NCBI GenBank assembly: GCA_951406725.2
Contig: OX597834.1
Location: 19,468,001-19,532,000, forward strand
Source: Octopus vulgaris
Lineage: Eukaryota
DNA: 64,000 nt
Direction of reading: 5' to 3'
The stretch's first letter is position 1. Every line of letters starts with the position of its first letter. The notes under the pieces are model-generated. The model was not told where the DNA came from, made no database searches, and saw only the letters and a program-made list of their open reading frames with translations. A program made the position numbers and the translations under genes. Below are positions 53,677-64,000 of the stretch, piece by piece.

Positions 53677-56274
53677 CATGTGTGTGTGTGTTTGTGTTGT
53701 GTGTATGTACGTATGTATATTATGTATGTATATTATATATGTGTGTGTGTATACACATACACACTCACACACACAAACACATGCACACACACACACACGT
53801 ATATATTAAAGAAGCTGGAACTTTAGAAACTATTAATCTGAATTTTTCCTTTTGGATTATTGAATGATGACAGAAAATGGGACATAAAATGATTATATAA
53901 TAACGACAGAATGGAATTGTTTGAATGTCATAGCAATGATTAATTCGATGAAATAAAACAAAAGAATCTTATTGGCTGACAATTTAATCATTATTTGTAA
54001 AATAAATAGAGGGGACCAATTACAGGAGAGAAGGTGAGGTTATATAACAGAGCAATAATAATATCAACTTGAAAAAATATTAAAATGACATACAAAATGT
54101 GTTTTTATGTATGATAATGTTAAAAAAATGTATTGTAATTAAGTGCATAAAAATAGGAAATTTTAAAATTGCATGTGTGTAAATAGAATTTAATGATAGT
54201 CAGAAGAGAATAATGCCCAAATGACGTCAACACATGCGTGAAATATTATGAAAAAATACGTGTATATATGTGTAAGAATATCTTATATAAGAAATATTTT
54301 AACTGCATGTGTGTGTAAAGAAATCTAACTGAAAATGAAATAAATGAAAATTTTTCAATGTCCTTAAAACCCTGATCTCCAGAAGTACAGGTAAGAAGAT
54401 CCATATTATTGTAAATGTTTTGAATAATCCTAAAATTTATACATTAATGGAACTTCCCTAAAATATAACCGTTTTGCAGTATAACTAAAACAACCAAACA
54501 TCTGGGAACTCCGGTTTCAGCTGTGAATGTCTTGATATAAAAGGAATAACCATTTTTTTTCATCTTACTTAAGTGTAATTAATAATGAAAATTAAAAATA
54601 AAAATATCATGTACAAATGAACAAACATGTTTAAAGATAGGCTGTTGGATTTTAAATGCTATTCGGTTTGTTTCTTTTAATAACCAAATACACTTGGAAA
54701 GGCTTGTATTTTTTAATCTATTTCTTAATTGAATGAATACATTGACAGAAATAATCCTCAACGTATTGGTATTGTTTTGTAGTATCTTAGTACAACTTAT
54801 TAAGGCTTTTGAAAGGTAGTTGCTGCTACAGGGACAATTATTTGAGGTGATACAAACACAGAATATACTGTATTATTACTTTTGAAAGGAATTTTAAATT
54901 TGAACTGGTTAATCAGGATAATTTTTTTATAGCAAAAATAGCTTGCCTTAATCGAGTTTCTATAAAAAATCTTTTGAGTCATCAGAAAATGAAAAGAAGA
55001 AAACTTTGCTCATTTGTATGTACATTTAAACTAAAATTGGATTGTACCACAACATATTTCGTGGTCTATTTTAATGCTTGGGAATATTATAGTGGACTGT
55101 ATTATATCTTATCTCAAACCACTATTACAAAGTGCATCACAATAAAAATGTGAAGCTTCATTGGAAAATAATGAAGGTGGACATTTACCAGTATCAGAAA
55201 TTAAATTTGGAGTGATTGGATTTCATACATGTCTTATTGATATGAAATAATATTTCATTTCCTTTTTAATAAGAGCAAAATATTCATATTGAAATTCAAG
55301 GCAATAACTAAAATAAAAAAATTTCGAAATTAAAATTAATATCAGTTGCAATTCATAAACTTGTTTCACTAAATGATTTAAGAAGTCTTTTCTAATCTAA
55401 TTCATGGCTATCTACATTTCATATTTTCCCATGCTAAAAGGCCATCATATCTGTATTAAATTTCTTCACGAGAAGGAAGGAAATCTGTTAAAACGTTTAA
55501 AGTATAGATTTCAATGGATTTCTCTCACAGCCACTGGACTACCCAGTGGACCTGGTCCTCATCTATGACTTGAGAGTGTAAGTTCAAATCATTTAAGCAC
55601 AACTAAATATTTTCTATATTGAGCATCTCCTGTTTTCACTTGTCTCTATGTATGTGTGTGTGTGTACACATGCATGTGTATGTGCACGTGTGTCTGTGTG
55701 TGTGTGTATGTGTGAATGTGTGTGGTTCTGCTCATTCATCTTATCTCATTAATATCTCAAGTAATTCATCTTCATTGTTGATTATGAATAAAATATTTCT
55801 GTCCATGCCTGGCCATCTTGTCATATTCGCCGATGTGTGTGATGCTGTTGCTGAAGGTGAAGGCTTTGAAACATAGAGGTTTCTTTCACTAAATGATTTA
55901 GGAAGCCTTGGATAAAACACTGGATATGCTGGATAAAATTTGATTTAATGCAACTGAAAAAGCATGCAGTAGCATTTGTCTTTATTATCATTTAAACATT
56001 CTGTAACAAGCCTGCTGTTTGTCTATAACAAGAGAGAAATCAAGATTTATATTCTAAGTATAATTGAATCTAGAATATTCTTGTTAATTATATCCAATTT
56101 GGAATTATTGGAGTTGATTAACTGCATTTAAGGGCACTAGACATTAATTTAGTGATCTTTAAGGGTAACATACGATCTGTGTGTAGTCTATATCAAAAGT
56201 GATGGTAAGTTCTTTAGCTTCCTAGCAAATGGAGTATGTGTTGGTTTCAGATATGATGATGTCAAAATATCAAA

Positions 56275-56780
56275 AAAAAGCACCATCCGAACGTGGCCGA
56301 TGCCAGCGCTGCCTCGACTAGCTTCTGTGCTGATGGCACATAAAAAGCACCATCCGAACGTGGCTGATGCCAGTGATGCCTTGACTGGCTTCCGTGCCGG
56401 TGGCACATAAAAAGCCCCATCCGAACGTGGCCGATGCCAGCGCCGCCTCGACTAGCTTCTGTGCCGGTGGCACATAAAAAGCACTATCCGAACGTGGCCG
56501 ATGCCAGCGCCGCCTTGACTGGCTTCTGTGTCGGTGGCACGTTAAAAGCACCAAACGATCGTGGCCGTTGCCAGCCTCGCTTGGCACCTGTGCAGGTGGC
56601 ACGTAAAAAGCATCCACTACACTCACGGAGTGGTTGGCGTTAGGAAGGGCATCCAGCTGTAGAAACACTGCCAGATCAGACTAGAGTCTGGTGCAGCCCC
56701 TGGCTTCCCAGACCCCGGTCGAACCGTCCAACCCGTGCTAGCGCGGAAAACGGACGTTAAACGATGATGATGATGATGAT
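56275..56780 (+). mobile_element. family C element with a GC-rich 67-bp minisatellite (four units plus one 62-bp unit) upstream of the (GAT)n-tailed 3' segment
   Basis: Units start at 56275, 56342, 56409, 56476 and 56543; 3' segment 56597-56780 matches 49020-49196. Confidence 0.88.
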
Positions 56781-57651
56781 TATTAGTTAATAGATTGTTA
56801 TATGTTAGTTTGTCTAAAACCATAAAAACTGTTTGTATTTGTCTGATGGTTCATAGATTTTTCTCTTTGTTTTAGAATAGCTTTAAAAAGCTTTGAAAGC
56901 CGTGGTAAATTTTCCCGAGTTTTCATCTTGTAACTAAATGAAAAATCTCTTTCATTTTTGTATTTTTACTAAATTGAAAAGGTCTGTTTGTATATATAAT
57001 CAAGTGTATATATTTCTGTGTGTTGATAAATATAGCTGCATATTTCAGAAGTTTACTTTACAACTATGTGGTTCCAGATTTAATCATACTGTACAGTATT
57101 TGGGGTCGACCACTTTTATTGTAATCTTTGGTTGACTATAGGGAAAATTCGGTAGGTAGGAAGTGTGTATAAGTTTATCAGATGTGTATGAGGAAGAAGG
57201 GATTGGTGTGCCAAACAAAAATACCTTATGGCATTTATTTTCATCTGATTTACCTGGAAACAGAAATAACATCTCTGAAGCAACCTCTTCCTCCATACCA
57301 ATCTAATTAATATATAAAAACACAAAGAACTTATTCTAATTTTGCCAGAATAGTTTGTAATATCTAGAGTGTGCCACTGTTTATATGTACCCCATTCTAT
57401 CTGTATATAACCACGTTTGAGTGTAATGGTGTACAACCAAATTCTCTTGAATCAAAACAAAACTTGTGAGGCAGTGAGATGAAATGTATTTTGACAACAT
57501 CTGATGGAAGATTGATGAGAGGTCTTCTACAGGGTTGCTTGGTTTGTTAAAATTAACAGCCAATTCTATATCAAACCATACCTTACCATCTTTAAAAGAG
57601 GAATAACCCACTAGATGATATGAACTTAGATGCACTATATCTATAACAAAA

Positions 57652-57958
57652 GTGGAGACACATGGTCTAGTGGTTAGAGCAGTGGACTTGCGGTCGAGGG
57701 ATTCCAGGTTCGAATCTCTGACCGAGCGATGTGTGTGTTTATGAGTGAAACACCTAAGCTCCACGTTGCTCCGGCAGAAGGTAATGGCAGACTTCTGCTG
57801 ACTCTTTTGCCACAACTTTCTCTCACTCTTTCCTTCTGCATCTTGCAGCTCACCTGCGATGGACCGGCGTCCCGTCCAGGTGGGGAACCTATACACTAAG
57901 GAAACTGGGAAACTGGCCCTTATGAGCCAGGTATGTCTTGAGAAGGAACAAACAAAAA
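57652..57958 (+). mobile_element. tRNA-derived SINE, same family as 38029-38335
   Basis: Colinear; imperfect TSD ataaca(a/t)aag. Confidence 0.9.
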
Positions 57959-58099
57959 ATAACATAAGAAAAACCTCAATAAAAATGTACCCTGATGTAA
58001 AGCTTATCAACCATAACTTTATTTAATCAGAATTTATCATTAATTAAGCAATGTCAACAACAACAATAGCAACAACAATGACAAAAACATCTATCTTGG

Positions 58100-58481
58100 T
58101 ATCTTTAACTTGTTTCAGCCATTTGACTGCGGCCATGATGGGGCACCACCTTGAAGGGGTTTAGTCAAACAAATCAACCCCAACACTTATATTTTTAAGC
58201 CTATTACTTTACTATCAGTCTCTTTTGCTAAATCGCTAAGTTATGGGGACATAAACACACCAACACCAGTTGTCAAGCAGTGGTGGGGGAACAAACACAT
58301 ACACAGACACATAAGCACACACACATACGATGGGCTTCTTTCAGTTTCCATCTACCAAATCCACTCACAAGGCTTTGGTCAACCCAAGGCTATAGTAGAA
58401 GACACTTGCCCAAGATGCCACACACCAGGACTGAACCCAGAACCATGTGGTTTGGAAGCAGACATCTTACCACACAGCCAT
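58100..58481 (-). mobile_element. SINE family A
   Basis: Colinear with 40290-40711. Confidence 0.9.
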
Positions 58482-58747
58482 AGGAGAAATAAAATTCTCA
58501 TGAACAGCCAAGTTATGGTTGAATCCCAAAGTCCATTTATTGCAGGTTTATTCAGCATTATTATCTGAATAGCAATGAAGCAAATCATTGATTAATTTTG
58601 CCTTAAAGCATCTATAATTTAACAGACTCATCAATGATTTCTCAACAGACTTGGCAAATAATGCATATGATTACATGCATTTTCCGGTCATCTGTCCCTC
58701 TTTTTCATTTCTTCACAAGTTATCTATCAGCTTATCTGTTGGTCTTT

Positions 58748-58750
58748 CTG

Positions 58751-58797
<47 letters not shown>

Positions 58798-58831
58798 GTC
58801 TACCTATTTGACTGTCTGTCTGTCTGTCTAT

Positions 58832-58887
<56 letters not shown>

Positions 58888-58888
58888 T

Positions 58889-58927
<39 letters not shown>

Positions 58928-59002
58928 TTGTCTGTCTATCTACTTATCTATCTATCTATCTATCTTTCTGTCTATCTATTTGTCTGTCTATCTGTTTATT
59001 TA

Positions 59003-59054
<52 letters not shown>

Positions 59055-59127
59055 CCCACCTACATGCCTACCTACCTACCTACCTACCTACCTACCTACC
59101 TACCTATCTACCTGCCTACCTACCTAC

Positions 59128-59209
<82 letters not shown>

Positions 59210-59225
59210 GTCTGTCTGTCTATTT
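58748..59225. repeat. (CTAT)n/(CTGT)n/(CTAC)n microsatellite
   Basis: Visible. Confidence 0.95.
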
Positions 59226-59497
59226 GATTGTCTAATAGAGTCTTCTTTACTTATTCTCACTCCTGCTGCTGTCTTAAGTTGGGATGATTGATTTAAATTG
59301 ACCGGTTTTTGGCACCGTACTATCCAATCAAGTGGTCTGTAATCCAATTTCTTTAATTATTTGGAAATTAAAACCCCGTATTCAAATTCCTTACGCATGG
59401 ATTGCTAAATCCCTGTGTTTGTCTTTCTCTCTCTCTCTCTCTCCTTCACAGTCATCTGTAGGAAGCAACCCGTTCAAGCCATGGACTGACTGAAGTA

Positions 59498-60090
59498 ACC
59501 ACCACTACCACCACCACTGTCACATCAACGTCACCACCACCATCGCCACCACCACCACCATCGCCACCACCACTACTATTATCTCTGCTACTAACACCAC
59601 CACCACCACGACGGTCACATCACCGTCACCACCACCATCGCTACCACCACCACCACCACTGTCACATCACCGTCACCACCACCATCGCTACCACCACCAC
59701 CACCACTGTCACATCACCATCACCACCACCATCGCCACCACCACCACCACTGCATCATCACCACCACTGCAAACCACCAGCACCATCACCACTGGTGCTG
59801 ATGCCACTTCCACCAACACCACTACCACCATCACCATCACCACCATCAACACCTCCACTGCCACCACTAGCACCACCACCACCACCATCACCACCACCAC
59901 CACCACCACCACCACTGCCACCACCACCACCACTGCCACCACCATCGCCACTGTCACCACCATCGCCACTGCCACCACCATTGCCACTGCCATCGCCACT
60001 GGTGGCACCGCCTTCACAGACCACCACCACCACCACCACCACTGCTATTGCCCACATCCCTGTCCTCACTGCCACCAACGCCCACCACAC
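59498..60090. repeat. (CAC/CCA)n trinucleotide low-complexity tract
   Basis: Visible; source of the poly-Pro/Gly/Val ORFs. Confidence 0.9.
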
Positions 60091-60956
60091 CTCTGTTACT
60101 GCCAGCATCCCTCCTTCCTGCAGCTGTCAGACAACCCGTAATCAATGACGATGGCAATATTAGCCAACAACCTGGGGCTTAGATTGTGGATTTCATTGAT
60201 GTGGTGGAATTTGATTATTGAGAGAAATATTTTAAATACTTTACAGCTGTCATCTGTTAACAAATTGCATCCGAGACATTGTAGGAACGGAAAATGATCT
60301 TTTGCTGAAAGCAGAATTTGTGGTGAGAACTTCAAAGAGAAAGCAACTCTTAGCAGAATAATATGACAGAGATGATAATGATGATGGTGATGGTGTTGAT
60401 GATTATGATGGTGGTGGTGGTGGTGGATGGAATGAAGATGATGATTATAATGATGGTGTTGCTAAAGCTTGTTGTTGTAGTTGTTGTTGATAGTGTTGTT
60501 TAGCCCCAGGTCAGTCCTGATCGAGCAGACTTATGGTCAAAGGTGATTCGGTATTGGTCATCTTGTCTGTTATTCAGACAATCTAGCTAGGACTACATTC
60601 TATCGTCATCACGATCATCATCATTACTGCCACTACCATGACCATCACCACTGCAGCCATTGTCACTGCCTTTGTTATCATAATTATTGTTTTTACGTCT
60701 GTTTCTCCATGCTGGCATGGGTTAGATAAAATAGACTCTGACTGTTTTTACTGTAAGCGAATGCCCTTCCTGTTGCCAGGCCCTGCTTGTCTTTTAAGTG
60801 TGTTACTTTTAGCCTGTGGATCCTTAAAGGAAGCTACTGAGTTACAAAATACTTCTTTACTGGGAAATGTAATTAATGTTGTTGATTTTTGCCCAGTTAA
60901 ATTAAGACACTTAAAATAAACATTTACACATACAAGCATACACATATATGCACACG

Positions 60957-61050
<94 letters not shown>

Positions 61051-61051
<1 letters not shown>

Positions 61052-61574
61052 CATCATCATCATCGTTTAACGTCCGCTTTCCATGCTAGCATGGGTTGGA
61101 CGGTTCAACTGGGATCTGGCAAGCCCAAAGGCTGCACCAGGCCTTGACTTTGCCTTTCATCTTTTCATAGACGTAGGAGTGGCTGTGTGGTAAGTAGTTT
61201 ATTTACAAACCACATGGTTCCAGGTTCAGTCCCACTGCGGGGCACCTTGGGCAAGTGTCTTCTACTGTAGCTTCAGGCCAACCAAAGCCTTGTGAGTGGA
61301 TTTGGTAGATGGAAACTGAAAAAAGCCTGTCATATATATGTATATATATATGTGTGTACATTTGTGTATATGTTTGTGTGTCTGTGTTTGTCTTCCCAAC
61401 ATCGCTTGACAACCGGTGCTGGTGTGTTTACATCCCCGTAACTTAGCAGTTCAGCAAAAGAGACCGATAGAATAAGTACTAGGCTTACAAAGAATAAGTC
61501 CTGGGGGCGATTTGCTCGACTAAAGGTGGTGCTCCAGCATGGCCACAGTTAAATGACTGAAACAAGTAAATGAG
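61051..61574. mobile_element. family C tail (-, 61051-61143) adjacent to a full-length SINE family A (+, 61170-61574)
   Basis: Family motifs. Confidence 0.85.
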
Positions 61575-61734
61575 ATATATATATATATATATATATATAC
61601 ATACACATTCATACATGCTTGGATTTTTTGTGTTTCTTCATTCAGTAATCTAAGCCTGAATGAGACAGGTTCCTGTTCGACGGGTTTGAAACTTTAAGTC
61701 ACATGGAGATGAAACAAACTGTTTTGAATAATAA

Positions 61735-62050
61735 TCCTTTCTACTATAGGCACAAAGCCTGAAATTTGGAGGGAGAGGGCAAATCGATTACATTGACCCC
61801 AGTATTTCACTGGTACTTAATTTATCGATCCAGAAAGGATGAAAGGTAAAGTTGACTTCGGCAGAATTTGAACTCAGAATGTAGCAATGAGCGAAATACT
61901 GCTAAGTATTTCGTCCAATGTGCTAATGATTCTGCCACATGAAAGGCAAAGCTGACCTTAGCAGAATTTGAACTCAGAGCATACAACCAGAGGAAATGCT
62001 ATTCAGTATTTTGTTTGGCGCCCTAATGATTCTGCCAGCTCATTGCCCTG
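61735..62050 (-). mobile_element. SINE family B relative with a duplicated head region
   Basis: atgaaagg.aaag.tgac.t..gcagaatttgaactcaga...ctaatgattctgcca occurs twice. Confidence 0.8.
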
Positions 62051-62090
62051 TTGTAGTAGAAGTAGTAGTTGTAGAAGTAGTAGTAATAAT

Positions 62091-62590
62091 AACAAGAGCA
62101 CTCAGAAAGTGCAAACCTCCACCAAGGCAACACCAATATCCTCTCAATGATGATTTTTTAAATGAGAATATCTCAAATAAACTCGACTGCTCTCACAATA
62201 ATAATAATAAGACAAAACATTTAACAGCATAGAATTAAAATATGAAACCTACATTTCTAAATTAGAAACTCTTCGCTAAGTTAAATAAAGAATCAATAAC
62301 GTGTATAAACCAATAAAACCAGTGATCAATATCACCAGCACCAGCAAATGAGAATACTAAAAATGAACCTGACCACTCACAAAAATTGAGTAAAAAAACA
62401 GGAAAAATAATCCGGAATCCTTGTCCAGTACTGGATCGATCTCAAAACCTAATCAGTTCCTGCCAAGCATGAAGCCAAACATCCCATAAAGTAGCATCCG
62501 AATCCATCTGGTGGTTCTTGAGATATTTTGTCCATAGACAAACAAACAAACATGACTGAAAACAATACCTCTGCCTTCGCTAAGGTGGAG

Positions 62591-62593
<3 letters not shown>
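62091..62593. mobile_element. Helentron-associated (HINE/DINE-1-like) element carrying a ~145-bp extra insert
   Basis: aacaagagcactcaga..gcaaacctccaccaaggc at one end, hairpin acctctgccttcgctaaggtggagat at the other; homologous to 8790-9083 except for the insert. Confidence 0.7.
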
Positions 62594-62639
<46 letters not shown>

Positions 62640-62864
62640 TAATAATAATCTTTTCTGCTGTAGGCATAAGGCCTGAAATTTTGGGGAAGGTGGGACTACC
62701 CGAGGGAGCTACCCCAGGCAAAGTCGACCTCGGTGGAATTTGAACTCAGGCTGTAAGGACAGATGAAATGTTGCTAAGCAATTTTCCCGGTGTGCTAACA
62801 ATTCTGCCAGCTCACTGCCTTAATAATAATAGTAGTAATAATATCAACAATAATAATAATAATG

Positions 62865-62901
<37 letters not shown>

Positions 62902-62945
62902 TAATAATTGTGATGATGGTGGTCATACTGTTAAAGATGATGATA

Positions 62946-63087
62946 CTGGTGCTGGTGATATTGATCACTGGTTTTATTGGTTTATAAACGTTATCGATTC
63001 TTTATTTAACTTAACGAAGAGTTTCTAATTTAGAAATGTAGGCTTTGCATTTTAATTCTACGCTGTTAAATGTTTTGTCGTATTATT
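62946..63087. repeat. 142-bp segment present as an inverted copy at 62203-62344
   Basis: Reverse complement with about 9 substitutions. Confidence 0.92.
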
Positions 63088-63199
63088 AGCATTTTATGTT
63101 AGCATCTTTACTCTGAAGTTTTACGAAATATATATATATATACACACATACATACATGTGTACATATATAAACAAGTGTGTATGTATATATTAATATAT

Positions 63200-63232
<33 letters not shown>

Positions 63233-63731
63233 CACACACATACACACACACACATATATATATATACACACGCACACACACATATATATATATATATACA
63301 CACACACATGCATACATGTATATGTTATGTTTTGTGAATTTTATTATTTATCTTTTTTTACTTTCTATAATTGAATATATGTTTGACTTAGAATTCCCCT
63401 CTTAATTTTTACCATTTCACTTCATTCTATAAAAGATTTTGTTATCTCAAAATTCATTATCACTTTACCATTTCCTCGTACTCGGAATGGCTTTTAGCTT
63501 TCAGTTGAGAACAGTCAAGTTTATGATGTTTCTCTCTTTAAGTGGCATTTTCAGTTTTTTTCTTCCATTCTTTCTTGCTTTTTGGAAAATATCACTTTGT
63601 TTTTTGTTTGTTTGTTTGTCTGTTTGTTATTTATATTTGATTTTGTTGCTTTGGCAATTTAAGACCATTTTCTCAGATTTATAATTGTTTTAAATGAGGA
63701 ATTGTTTAAATCCATTGTGTATATATGTGTG

Positions 63732-63788
<57 letters not shown>

Positions 63789-64000
63789 ATTCATTTATAT
63801 ATATACATACATACATACATACATCTAGTCATGTATATATATATATAGCATCATCATCAGCATTTAACATCCAATTTCCATGCTTACATATATATACATA
63901 TATACATACATACATACATACATACATATCCATATAAATGCATATTCATATGTGTATGTATGTATACATATATATGTATATATACATACATACATACACA

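Noticed and set aside
54383-54390. Possible 8-nt microexon (ctccag|AAGTACAG|gtaaga); similarly 6320-6348
   Set aside because: Weak polypyrimidine tracts; such motifs are expected by chance in 64 kb
56275-56610. Regularly spaced repeats resembling a CRISPR array
   Set aside because: Whole 67-bp units repeat with no unique spacers; eukaryotic retroposon context and no cas genes
59709-60148. Pro-rich / Gly-rich ORFs resembling formin or extensin
   Set aside because: Derived from a (CAC)n tract that is open in several frames on both strands; no flanking domain or convincing splice sites

Overview
This is eukaryotic, AT-rich, microsatellite-saturated, essentially non-coding DNA. Its tRNA-headed SINE families and TA/TATG/GATA/ATT microsatellites match what I recognise from octopod (Octopus-like) genomes; that assignment is an inference. 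I recognise no intact host protein-coding gene, and nearly all listed ORFs are translations of simple repeats. The only protein-like remnants are the 3' end of an RTE-clade LINE (25053-25348, 8-bp TSD) and a decayed Penelope-like (PLE) ORF N-terminus (~28330-28880). The rest is about five SINE families, TTAA/piggyBac-type MITEs (tandem and nested), a non-autonomous Helitron, Helentron/HINE-like elements and local duplications. The most notable signal is a set of type I hammerhead ribozyme (HHR) motifs in short PLE-derived insertions, often in (TA)n. These include one apparently complete HHR (5223-5327, minus), a fixed-end ~190-nt family whose core reads CUGUnGAA, and fold-back palindromes whose apex maps onto the ribozyme. 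Also noted: two locally templated insertions inside TE copies, a SINE whose two clear TSDs both contain GGTATTTCT, a CpG-retaining promoter-like island, and a recursive-splice-site-like AG|GT with a downstream donor. These last two hint that the window lies in long introns of a + strand gene, which is unproven. Coordinates were counted by eye and may be off by a few bases.
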